A model generated the notes under the pieces. That model made no database searches. It was not told the origin of the DNA and worked only from the letters and a program-made list of their open reading frames with translations. The position numbers and the translations under genes are program-made. DNA of 41,227 bases, taken from positions 1 through 41,227 of the IMG/VR virus record IMGVR_UViG_3300020042_011576; one strand, given 5' to 3'. Source of the stretch: a virus. Lineage: Duplodnaviria; Caudoviricetes. Below are positions 28,839 through 37,075 of this stretch, one piece after another (the first letter of the stretch is position 1; every line of letters begins with the position of its first letter).

Positions 28839-30035
28839 TTAACTTAAATTGAAACGTGATTTATATTGTCTATAGTTTTGTTGTACTTGGTCTGCTGAGA
28901 GTACTGTGTTATATATTTTAAAAATTGGGAGTTTCATGTGAGGGTAATATCCCGATCCCTCTCCCCCTATTTGTAATATACCACTATTACTCCAAGTTCC
29001 AATAGTACCTGCGGTTAAATATGAATATAGTTGTCCATTTACATATAATCTCCACGAAAAACCATCTTTGATTGCAACTAAATGATAATATTGATTATTT
29101 TGAATAGTATATGCTGGGTTAGAGGTAGCATAATAAGTTCCATCTCCATTTCTACCGGCTAAAGCAAATGTGGCACCAGTCTGACAAAATAATTCCCACC
29201 CAGTACCATTATATTTGTTTGCTATAATATCTAAAACAGGGTCTGTTGATAGTCTCATATAAACACATTCAATTGAAACATTATCCACTAATTCTATAGC
29301 AGAGTATGAATTTATTGAAATTGTATCATCTGTACCATCCCATATTATTTGTGCATTTGAATCAAATGAAACACTTGATAAATCTATGGTTGGATTGTTA
29401 ATTAAAGGTAATAGACCTTGTGTTGATGATCGCGTTCCATCAACAAATTGGGATGGCGTTGTACCAACTTCCATCATTAAATTTGTATAATATCTAGCTC
29501 CGGTATAACTTCCTCCATCATATCCTACATACCAGTTAAAGTCGTTACTATAATCTGCCGGAGTTGTGATTGTAGCATAACAAAGTCTCCAAGTAATACC
29601 TCCAATTTGCACAGTTTTTAATACAGTTCCGATTCCCGTTCCTAATGCAACGTGTGCGCCTGAAGTTGAAAAAGCTCTACAATGAAACATTCTACTCGCT
29701 CCTGCATAATCTGCAGATTCTGCATACCATCCAGACAATACGTATGTTGTATTAGATTGGAGTTGATTAGTTAAGTTGATTTGATACTCAGTGTACGCAA
29801 CACCCATAGTTTGTTGCAATACATATGGTGAGTTACCTGGGTTTGGTAATTGTATAATAGTATTAGTAGCATTGCTACCCCCTTCCTGTGAAATACCATT
29901 ACCACCAGAAAAGTGTCCATTTGTATAAAAGTTAGTTGTAGGCTTTCCGCGGAAAGAATTTGAAGTATCTCCCACATCATATGAAAATATGATATTACTA
30001 TCTAAAGCTGGGTTTGGTCCTGCGTGTGTTGGCAT
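28839..30035 (-). CDS. LamG/ConA-like lectin domain virion protein with carbohydrate-binding-like insert
   Basis: WDGTDD, YYHLVA, LYVNG, KIYNTVLSADQVQQNYRQYKSRF. Confidence 0.8.
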   Translation of the reverse strand: MPTHAGPNPALDSNIIFSYDVGDTSNSFRGKPTTNFYTNGHFSGGNGISQEGGSNATNTIIQLPNPGNSPYVLQQTMGVAYTEYQINLTNQLQSNTTYVLSGWYAESADYAGASRMFHCRAFSTSGAHVALGTGIGTVLKTVQIGGITWRLCYATITTPADYSNDFNWYVGYDGGSYTGARYYTNLMMEVGTTPSQFVDGTRSSTQGLLPLINNPTIDLSSVSFDSNAQIIWDGTDDTISINSYSAIELVDNVSIECVYMRLSTDPVLDIIANKYNGTGWELFCQTGATFALAGRNGDGTYYATSNPAYTIQNNQYYHLVAIKDGFSWRLYVNGQLYSYLTAGTIGTWSNSGILQIGGEGSGYYPHMKLPIFKIYNTVLSADQVQQNYRQYKSRFNLS

Positions 30036-30036
30036 G

Positions 30037-30735
30037 TTATATGAATCTAGATTTTAAAGCGTTGTAATTCTGCAATACTTGAGCTGCTGTTAGAGCTGTT
30101 CCTCCATACATGGAAAGAACTGCTATACTACCGTTATAAAATCCTGCCCAGCTTGCTCCAATTCTATCTACAGGATTATTATTTCCTGATGTAGAGTTAG
30201 CAACTGATGCATCTAATACTCCGTCTACGTACATATCCATTGTATAGTTTGTATAATTTACCCAAGTCAACATACGCCAAGTATTGTTATTTACTGTAGC
30301 AGTTCCTAATTTTTGTGCCCAGCTATCGTTCTGGTATGTCCAGTAAACGATTTTATTAGCGTTAACTCCCATCATGGAATAGACAGGTCCTCCACTTGAA
30401 TTTGATAAAATAGAGCCTAATCCTAAACCATTTACTGTAGTAGATGTTTTTACCCAAGCATTAACGGTCCATGCAAGATTTCCATTTCCTAAACTAACAG
30501 CATAATTCCCTCCTATTATTTCTACATAATCATTTGAACCATCAAATGTAAAATTAGAGGATGGGGGGGTATTATTAAATACAGGACCATTAACTAGTAA
30601 ACAATCAGGAGCTCCCTTAATCATATTAACCCAAGAAGTACCAGAACCAGGGTATGATTGGGGTTTAACAGCATCAATATAAAATGTCAATCCGTTAGTA
30701 TAACCAGGAATTATAGGTCCATAAATCAATGCCAT
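30037..30735 (-). CDS. LamG/ConA-like lectin domain virion protein
   Basis: DAVKPQSYPGSGTSW, FDGSNDY, MYVDGV, ALTAAQVLQNYNALKSRF. Confidence 0.8.
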   Translation of the reverse strand: MALIYGPIIPGYTNGLTFYIDAVKPQSYPGSGTSWVNMIKGAPDCLLVNGPVFNNTPPSSNFTFDGSNDYVEIIGGNYAVSLGNGNLAWTVNAWVKTSTTVNGLGLGSILSNSSGGPVYSMMGVNANKIVYWTYQNDSWAQKLGTATVNNNTWRMLTWVNYTNYTMDMYVDGVLDASVANSTSGNNNPVDRIGASWAGFYNGSIAVLSMYGGTALTAAQVLQNYNALKSRFI

Positions 30736-30738
30736 AAC

Positions 30739-32871
30739 TTATTCTTTATCAAATTCTGTTATCAATCTATCAGTATCTTTACGTTCTGCAAACACAGCAT
30801 AAAAACAATCTAATTTTTTATTTTTAGAACCAATAGTAATTATAGTATCTGTTATACCTTGTACCCAAAGTTCTTGATGTTTTCCAATTGGTGTTAAAGC
30901 AACTGTAATTGTATCTTCATGAACTAAAGCATGCCAATAATCTGGGAGTAGAATAGTATTAATGTCCGTAAGTCTACCACGAAGATATACTGAATGTTCA
31001 GGTCCCTCAAGTACACCATATTGTAGTTTTTTACCTTCTTTAGTTGGGTGATCAATGATAAAGGACTTAACAGTAGCACGAATAGTTCCTATTACATTCA
31101 ATGTAGATCCATCAAATGTCATATTTGATTCACCATTAAATGGTGTTGTACCATTACCTGTAGCAGTAACTACATAGTTGTCTACGTTATTTGTAATAGC
31201 AGTTGCTGCACTTGTGCCTTGTGCACCTGTTGTTCCTTGAGTTCCAGTAGTACCTTGTGTTCCAGTAGCACCTTGTGTACCTGTTGTGCCTTGTGTACCT
31301 GTTGTTCCTACAGCACCTTGTGTACCTGTTGTGCCTTGTGCACCTGTTGTTCCAGTTGTACCTTGAGAACCTGTAGCACCCACTGTTCCTTGTGTTCCAG
31401 TTGTTCCTTGAGCTCCTGTTGTACCAACAGTTCCTTGCACTCCAGTAGCACCTTGTGAACCAGTTGCACCAACAGTTCCTTGTGTTCCAGTCGTACCTTG
31501 AGATCCTGTTGCACCTACTGTACCTTGTGTACCAGTAGTTCCTTGAGTTCCCGTTGCACCTTGTGTACCTGTTGTTCCTTGAGCTCCTTTATCACCGGTA
31601 GTTACAAAAGATACTATAATATCTTCTAAGTTAGTGAATGGAGATGCAGCTGAAAATGCTTGGTTTGTGATTGTTAATGTCCACCAACCTGTATTGTTTG
31701 TTAATGCTGAAATTTGGAATAATAAGAATTGGGTTGCATCTGTTCTGTTTGCAATTCGTACATATCCTTTTATGGCTGATGATACAGCATTAATTGTATT
31801 TAAGAATGAGTCTATATTAGCGGATTGATCCGTAGTTGAATCAATATACATCGCAGTAGCGGTGTTTTCCGTCGCGTTATTTAATCGTACTTTACCAGTA
31901 CCAGGATCTGATGCTGCTGTTGAGGTATCGTAGGTGTAATCGAATGTTGCACCACCAAATGAACCATCATTTCCTTGTGTTCCAGTAATACCTTGTGCAC
32001 CAGTTGTTCCTTGAGTACCAGTAGTTCCTTGTGTTCCTACTGTACCTTGTGTACCAACAACACCCTGTGTTCCAGTTGTTCCTTGTGTACCTACAGTTCC
32101 TTGTGATCCAGTTACACCTTGTGTCCCTTGTACTCCAGTAGTACCTTGCGCTCCAGTAGTACCAACGGTACCTTGTGTTCCAGTTGTTCCTTGAGAACCA
32201 GTAGCTCCATTTACACCTTGTATACCTTGTGTTCCAGTAGTACCTTGTGATCCCGTTGTACCTATAGTACCTTGTGTACCTATTGTACCTTGTGTTCCAG
32301 TTGCGCCTTGTACTCCTGTAGTTCCTTGTGCACCAGTAACACCTTGTGAACCAGTAGCTCCTTGTGACCCTGTTGCACCGGTTGTACCTTGTGCTCCAGT
32401 TGTTCCAACTGTTCCTTGTGATCCAGTTGCGCCTTGTGTTCCAGTTGCGCCTTGTGTTCCAGTTGTACCTTGTGCACCTGTTGTTCCAGTTGTACCTTGG
32501 GTTCCTGTTATTCCTTGTGCTCCAGTAGCACCTTGTGTTCCAGTTATACCTTGTGCACCTATGGTTCCTTGAGCTCCAGTTGCGCCTTGTGTTCCTACTG
32601 TACCTTGTGCGCCAGTTGCGCCTTGAGTACCAGTTGTACCTTGTGTACCTGTAGTACCTTGTGTACCTGTAGCACCTTGTGTACCTTGTAAACTTAAATT
32701 ATTTCTATATCTTAAATCACCATCTGCTGTTAATACAACAATATTGGTTTCTGTTGTTCCTAAAGGGACTGAAGTAAGAAGGGCTGTAGAGCCCGTAATA
32801 CTAGTTGTTACATTTAAAGAGTTTAAGGCTGCATTAGAGCCCGATACTATGACTTTTTTCCAGTTTGGCAT
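30739..32871 (-). CDS. collagen-like tail fibre protein with C-terminal KSF.IDHP..LEGPE domain
   Basis: 710 aa; two Gly-X-Y blocks separated by a globular domain; C-terminal [31 protein letters not shown]. Confidence 0.8.
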   Translation of the reverse strand: MPNWKKVIVSGSNAALNSLNVTTSITGSTALLTSVPLGTTETNIVVLTADGDLRYRNNLSLQGTQGATGTQGTTGTQGTTGTQGATGAQGTVGTQGATGAQGTIGAQGITGTQGATGAQGITGTQGTTGTTGAQGTTGTQGATGTQGATGSQGTVGTTGAQGTTGATGSQGATGSQGVTGAQGTTGVQGATGTQGTIGTQGTIGTTGSQGTTGTQGIQGVNGATGSQGTTGTQGTVGTTGAQGTTGVQGTQGVTGSQGTVGTQGTTGTQGVVGTQGTVGTQGTTGTQGTTGAQGITGTQGNDGSFGGATFDYTYDTSTAASDPGTGKVRLNNATENTATAMYIDSTTDQSANIDSFLNTINAVSSAIKGYVRIANRTDATQFLLFQISALTNNTGWWTLTITNQAFSAASPFTNLEDIIVSFVTTGDKGAQGTTGTQGATGTQGTTGTQGTVGATGSQGTTGTQGTVGATGSQGATGVQGTVGTTGAQGTTGTQGTVGATGSQGTTGTTGAQGTTGTQGAVGTTGTQGTTGTQGATGTQGTTGTQGTTGAQGTSAATAITNNVDNYVVTATGNGTTPFNGESNMTFDGSTLNVIGTIRATVKSFIIDHPTKEGKKLQYGVLEGPEHSVYLRGRLTDINTILLPDYWHALVHEDTITVALTPIGKHQELWVQGITDTIITIGSKNKKLDCFYAVFAERKDTDRLITEFDKE
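31215..31590 (-). repeat. collagen-like 9/18-bp coding repeats, block 2
   Basis: [12 protein letters not shown] triplets. Confidence 0.85.
31970..32690 (-). repeat. collagen-like 9/18-bp coding repeats, block 1
   Basis: About 80 consecutive Gly-X-Y triplets with no Pro. Confidence 0.85.
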
Positions 32872-32880
32872 TTATATGTT

Positions 32881-32937
32881 TATTACGGTTGGTTATACAG
32901 AATATGCTGTATCCACTTCCCTTTAGGGCCTATAATA
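32881..32937 (-). ncRNA. candidate structured cis-regulatory RNA (three-way junction) in the 5' leader of the collagen fibre gene
   Basis: P1 TATTAT(A)GG/CCGTAATA; P2 CCC-TAAA-GGG; P3 TGG+ATACAG/CTGTAT+(AA)CCA. Lies between a late motif (32941-32950) and the ATG (32871). Confidence 0.5.
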
Positions 32938-32940
32938 CGG

Positions 32941-32950
32941 TAATAAATAT
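32941..32950 (-). promoter_or_regulatory. putative late promoter motif variant ATATTTATTA
   Basis: Immediately upstream of the structured leader. Confidence 0.55.
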
Positions 32951-32951
32951 A

Positions 32952-33191
32952 TTACTGTTTTTTCCTGGTTAAAGTTTTAGTTTCTTCATGTTGGATCATT
33001 TGTTGAAGTCCCAAAGTTTTGGCTTCTTCTTCAGCTTTTATCATTTGAACAATTTCTTCAAGTTCTTGTTCTAATTTCATTTGGATGTGAGCACAAAATT
33101 TAGCATCTTTTCCTTGGATAGGAATAGTCTCTAGTGCTTGACGTAGAAAATTTAATTCTGCGTGTGAAAAATCAATTGAAAATAAATTCAT
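32952..33191 (-). CDS. small helical protein (possible fibre chaperone)
   Basis: 79 aa; FS..EL.FL...L....I.G.D pattern shared with the 66-aa neighbour. Confidence 0.7.
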   Translation of the reverse strand: MNLFSIDFSHAELNFLRQALETIPIQGKDAKFCAHIQMKLEQELEEIVQMIKAEEEAKTLGLQQMIQHEETKTLTRKKQ

Positions 33192-33197
33192 ATATTA

Positions 33198-33398
33198 TTA
33201 TTTAGTCTGTTCTATGTATTGGCTTTGTAGCTTAACGACTAAATTATATAAAGGTTCTATATCTTCTCCAAGGAAGTTTGTTCTTTTTATCATAGAAAGT
33301 AAAACTTCTATTTCTTGGGTTGATAATTGATCTAAAGTTAATTCTTTCAGATGTTGTTGGGGTTGTGTTGGTGGTTTAATTCTGTCTAGAATACTCAT
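33198..33398 (-). CDS. small helical protein (possible fibre chaperone)
   Basis: 66 aa; LSTQEIEVLLSMIKRTNFLGED...LVVKLQ. Confidence 0.7.
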   Translation of the reverse strand: MSILDRIKPPTQPQQHLKELTLDQLSTQEIEVLLSMIKRTNFLGEDIEPLYNLVVKLQSQYIEQTK

Positions 33399-33406
33399 AA
33401 CATTGA

Positions 33407-33442
33407 TTTTAAAAATTAGGGGTAGGATTTTACACCTACCCC
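33407..33442 (-). terminator. hairpin, probable intrinsic terminator
   Basis: Minus strand GGGGTAGG-TGTAAAAT-CCTACCCC (33442-33419) followed by TAATTTTT. Confidence 0.65.
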
Positions 33443-33448
33443 ATTATA

Positions 33449-34681
33449 TTAAGCATAAATATAAATATCTCCTGTATCTGTTTTAACATGGATATTACCA
33501 AATCCATTTGAAGCACCTCCATATAATGGAGCAGCTGATGGAACTGCTGTACTTACTTCAGTTGTAGTAATAAATGCTGCCGGTGTGAATGAAGCTCCAT
33601 TAGCTGTAAAACTTGAGGTAAATGCCCAACGATTAGTAGCACTATCATATCCATATAATTCACCTACATTTTGAGTACCTTGTTGAATTACGATACCACC
33701 ATCTCCTGCTGTGTTTGATCCAGAAGCAAATAATACAAATCTATCTGCTACTTCTAAGTTGGTTGTTTGTTGAAAAGATGCTGTACCTTGTACTGTTAAG
33801 TTACCTGTAATTACTTCATTTCCTGTTACTGTTAATGTAGTACCATCAAATGTTAAATTTCCTTCACCATTAATTGTACCACCACCAGTTGCTGTTAATA
33901 CTCTATTATCAGCATTGTTGGTGATTGCAGGAGTAATGTTAGATGCAGTTGTTGCTGTCCCAGTTAAATTACCTACAAAAGTAGTAGAAGTAACTGAAGT
34001 AAGTCCTGTAATAGTAGTTGCTAGTGTTAAACTATCTGTAGATTCAACTGCTAAATTAGTACCAGCTAAGTCAGTTAATAAATCACCATAAGTAATATAT
34101 TGGTTAGTACTTTGACTAATAAAGAATTTATCTGTACTTGTAATATTATTTACTTGTGATGTTGGGAAAATAGCGGTTGCAGTTACACCCGTTAATGCAG
34201 CACCATTACCTGAAAATGATCCTGTAAATGATCCAGTTAATGCTGAACTAGCTCCACTTAACTGTAATGAAGTAGTACCTGTAATTGCAGTACCATTATC
34301 TGTTAAAGATGAGTTAGCAAATGCATTACCTGTCCATTTTGTAATATTATTAGTACTTAAAGCTGAAGCTCCTGAAACTGCTACTGTCGCAGTTGAAGCA
34401 CCATCATAAGTAAATGCTGTAATACCAGTACCTTGTGTTAAATCGGGTAAGTTAGTGGTACCAACAAAATTACCTTGGAATGAACCACTAAATGAACCAG
34501 AATGAACTAATCCTGTAGCATTTGTTGTTGCTACGATATTACCAGTACCATTAATTGCTGTTGTAGATAAATTGGAAGTACCACCACCAATTACTACTTG
34601 TCCTGATGTAAGATTGTCTACTTGTAATGCTGCTAAATTAGCTGTACTACCGGAGACTATTACTTTTTTCCAAGTTGCCAT
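33449..34681 (-). CDS. Thr/Ser/Gly-rich tail fibre/appendage protein
   Basis: 410 aa; N-terminus [12 protein letters not shown] shared with the 710-aa fibre; GNLTVQGT..TTNLEVADRF fibre-type motif. Confidence 0.75.
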   Translation of the reverse strand: MATWKKVIVSGSTANLAALQVDNLTSGQVVIGGGTSNLSTTAINGTGNIVATTNATGLVHSGSFSGSFQGNFVGTTNLPDLTQGTGITAFTYDGASTATVAVSGASALSTNNITKWTGNAFANSSLTDNGTAITGTTSLQLSGASSALTGSFTGSFSGNGAALTGVTATAIFPTSQVNNITSTDKFFISQSTNQYITYGDLLTDLAGTNLAVESTDSLTLATTITGLTSVTSTTFVGNLTGTATTASNITPAITNNADNRVLTATGGGTINGEGNLTFDGTTLTVTGNEVITGNLTVQGTASFQQTTNLEVADRFVLFASGSNTAGDGGIVIQQGTQNVGELYGYDSATNRWAFTSSFTANGASFTPAAFITTTEVSTAVPSAAPLYGGASNGFGNIHVKTDTGDIYIYA

Positions 34682-34699
34682 ATTTGTTTTTTTATTTTA

Positions 34700-34709
34700 T
34701 TATAAATAT
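34700..34709 (-). promoter_or_regulatory. putative late promoter motif ATATTTATAA
   Basis: 18 nt upstream of the ATG at 34681. Confidence 0.6.
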
Positions 34710-34716
34710 ATGTATT

Positions 34717-35058
34717 TTAATCTAAACCAATAAAAAGTGAAGAAGAGGTAAAATAAATCCCACCATTAGGTGCTGTACCTGTAGGGTTTATAGATTGAGT
34801 AGCCAATATTACAATTCCACTTTGAGATACTGTTAAAACAGGTACATTATTGTTGGTAATCAAAAATATTGTTGATCCAACATCTACACTAGCAGATACA
34901 CTTCCTGTAGCTATTCTAAAAGGAGTACCTACAACACCACCACCATTCATGGCATAAGAAGCAGTCAATGCGTAATTCGCATATGATGAAGTTCCAAATA
35001 ACGAACCCGTTATATTGAATGAACCCGATCGTAACTGTTCCGGTTTTATTAATGCCAT
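34717..35058 (-). CDS. small Ser/Thr-rich virion protein
   Basis: 113 aa with many SGS/TGS/TAS/TSS motifs. Confidence 0.75.
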   Translation of the reverse strand: MALIKPEQLRSGSFNITGSLFGTSSYANYALTASYAMNGGGVVGTPFRIATGSVSASVDVGSTIFLITNNNVPVLTVSQSGIVILATQSINPTGTAPNGGIYFTSSSLFIGLD

Positions 35059-35059
35059 T

Positions 35060-35203
35060 TTACTTCCCTTGTGCTACGTATGCTTTTACGTAATTTTTAC
35101 TATTTTTGCTTTTACTTGATTTTGATTTTGCGTGAACACCTGGGTTTTTCTTTTTAGGTTTTCTCACGAATGAAACTACTGATTGTCCTTTTGCTTTTGC
35201 CAT
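35060..35203 (-). CDS. 47-aa highly basic protein, absent from the ORF track
   Basis: Translated by hand: MAKAKGQSVVSFVRKPKKKNPGVHAKSKSSKSKNSKNYVKAYVAQGK*. It fills the gap exactly, its stop is 1 nt before the next ATG, and the motif ATATTTATGA lies just upstream. Confidence 0.8.
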   Translation of the reverse strand: MAKAKGQSVVSFVRKPKKKNPGVHAKSKSSKSKNSKNYVKAYVAQGK

Positions 35204-35223
35204 TTTGTCATAAATATTAAACG

Positions 35224-36498
35224 TTAACTACTAAATTTTCCAATTGCTATAACTTCATCATTTATATCAAAACCATAACCCAATTGAGCCGGGTTAATTA
35301 TTAAAGTTGTTAGATTTCCACTTTGTGTAAATGAAGAAATGGAAGATAATTCCATTAATTGTCCATTAACAAAAATTGAGAAATTACTTATTGATGTAAC
35401 AGGTAAACCTGTTGGAGCTGATAACCAACCACTAGCAAATGTTATTGTAGTTGAATTAACATAAGTACCTGCTTGTTGTGTATTTGTATTTAAATATGTC
35501 AAAGTTGCTTGACTTATAGTGTTACCACCACCTCCACCACCTCCACCACCGGAAGGAATAATAACTGGTGATGTTTTTTTCTTACCTGAAGATACAAATT
35601 CAGATACACCATTTACTGTTTCTAGTCCAATTACAATTTGAGCTTTACTATTATATTTTTTAATAGCTGTTGCTTCTTTTTGTACCGTATCAGGAACTAT
35701 GTAACCAAATAGTTTTATAGTAAATGTACTTTTAACAACACGATTTGTATTGTCTGAAATTTCTACTGTTGTAGCATATGAATCAATAGTTGCCTTAAAT
35801 TTAAAGCGTTCTGGGTCACCCCAATATGAATCTGAAGCATAGTTAATAGCTTCAACTATTTTATTCATTTGTTCAACATAGTATGTTTGGACAGTACAAG
35901 TATAGGTTAAAGTAACATAATCAGGTACTACATTGACAATAAATTGTTCAACAGGTATACGATTTGTTAATACATTAAAATTAGAATATGCATTTTTTTG
36001 GTTGTATGGTTTTCCCCAAGATGTATATAGATGGGGTGAATTAGCATCTAATTTATTTGTTAATGATCTATTTTTATCAACCGTGTCTCTTTTAAACATA
36101 ATTAATGGGGCCATAATAGCACCATTTTTATCTTTATAGTAACCATCTTTTTGTACCGATTTCCAACGTTCAGGAGAACCATATATTACAGGTACCTCTA
36201 TTCGAACACCATTTTGGTAAACAAATGGGCGAATAACATTTTGAAAATAAAACATTATAGATTCATCAATATCTTGTAAACCTACTGTAAATGGTTTTGT
36301 AGTGTCACCTTTAAATGACATCTGTTCTGAACGGTTAAAGTCAACTCCACTTTGATTCGTTGGAGTAAATTGTCTAAATTCAGATGGTATATTAGGATTA
36401 CCTAATGATTCGCCGGTTTCAGGAAAAACATAAGGTTCTATCTGGCTATTTTGGATCTCTAATTGAGATTTTGGTGTGGGTTTTCTAGCTGATGGCAT
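35224..36498 (-). CDS. tail terminator / sheath stabiliser-like protein (gp15-like) with C-terminal extension
   Basis: VPVIYGSPERW, PLIMF, PDYVTLTY..YYVEQMNKIVE; follows the neck genes. Confidence 0.6.
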   Translation of the reverse strand: MPSARKPTPKSQLEIQNSQIEPYVFPETGESLGNPNIPSEFRQFTPTNQSGVDFNRSEQMSFKGDTTKPFTVGLQDIDESIMFYFQNVIRPFVYQNGVRIEVPVIYGSPERWKSVQKDGYYKDKNGAIMAPLIMFKRDTVDKNRSLTNKLDANSPHLYTSWGKPYNQKNAYSNFNVLTNRIPVEQFIVNVVPDYVTLTYTCTVQTYYVEQMNKIVEAINYASDSYWGDPERFKFKATIDSYATTVEISDNTNRVVKSTFTIKLFGYIVPDTVQKEATAIKKYNSKAQIVIGLETVNGVSEFVSSGKKKTSPVIIPSGGGGGGGGGNTISQATLTYLNTNTQQAGTYVNSTTITFASGWLSAPTGLPVTSISNFSIFVNGQLMELSSISSFTQSGNLTTLIINPAQLGYGFDINDEVIAIGKFSS

Positions 36499-36501
36499 GT
36501 C

Positions 36502-37074
36502 TTATAGTCTTTCTCTTGTAATTTGTACTTTATCCGCAGGTACGTAATGTGCTGTACAAATGATTGATAAATTTGTACCAAAATTTTCTAATCCTGGGTT
36601 TAATGGATTCTCATCATATGGGTAAGCTGGGTCTTTACCTACAAATAATTGATTATCATTCGTATTATTAACTTCCCAATATCCCTCGTACCACATAATG
36701 ATATCCCCTACTTGAGGGACTAAATCAGCACCATAAGGTGAATCGATATAATTACCTATGTCAGGACCTCCACCAGTTGTAACCGGATTTTTACCTCTTA
36801 AATCATCTCTTAAGAATTTAAACGTCATTGGACGTTCATAATCCACACCCATGTCTCCTGTTGGAGAAGCATTTTCACCTCTTTCAATAAGAGCATTTAA
36901 TAGTACAGGTGAATTATAATATTTAGCTCCTGTTGATTCACCATACATGTTTACTCTAGTTTCAGCTACTCTTAATTGATAAAATACACATTGTTGTGTA
37001 ATAATATCCCATAACAACTCACGGTTAAGATGTCTAAATAAAGAAACGTCACGTTGTGTACCAAATAATGCCAT
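36502..37074 (-). CDS. neck / head-closure protein (gp14-like)
   Basis: NMYGES...PQVGDII.WYEGYWEV; follows the gp13-like gene. Confidence 0.6.
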   Translation of the reverse strand: MALFGTQRDVSLFRHLNRELLWDIITQQCVFYQLRVAETRVNMYGESTGAKYYNSPVLLNALIERGENASPTGDMGVDYERPMTFKFLRDDLRGKNPVTTGGGPDIGNYIDSPYGADLVPQVGDIIMWYEGYWEVNNTNDNQLFVGKDPAYPYDENPLNPGLENFGTNLSIICTAHYVPADKVQITRERL

Positions 37075-37075
37075 A

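Noticed and set aside
31219-32691. Short alternative-frame and antisense ORFs over the 710-aa gene
   Set aside because: Same repeat-shadow artefact.
32881-32937. Leader RNA as a tRNA, hammerhead ribozyme or c-di-GMP riboswitch
   Set aside because: No TTC-loop cloverleaf, no CUGANGA/GAAA core and no match to the riboswitch consensus sequences I can recall; kept only as an unassigned structure.
19414-34681. Diversity-generating retroelement or invertase-based fibre switching
   Set aside because: No reverse transcriptase, recombinase, adenine-specific template/variable repeat pair or inverted gene cassette is visible in the window.
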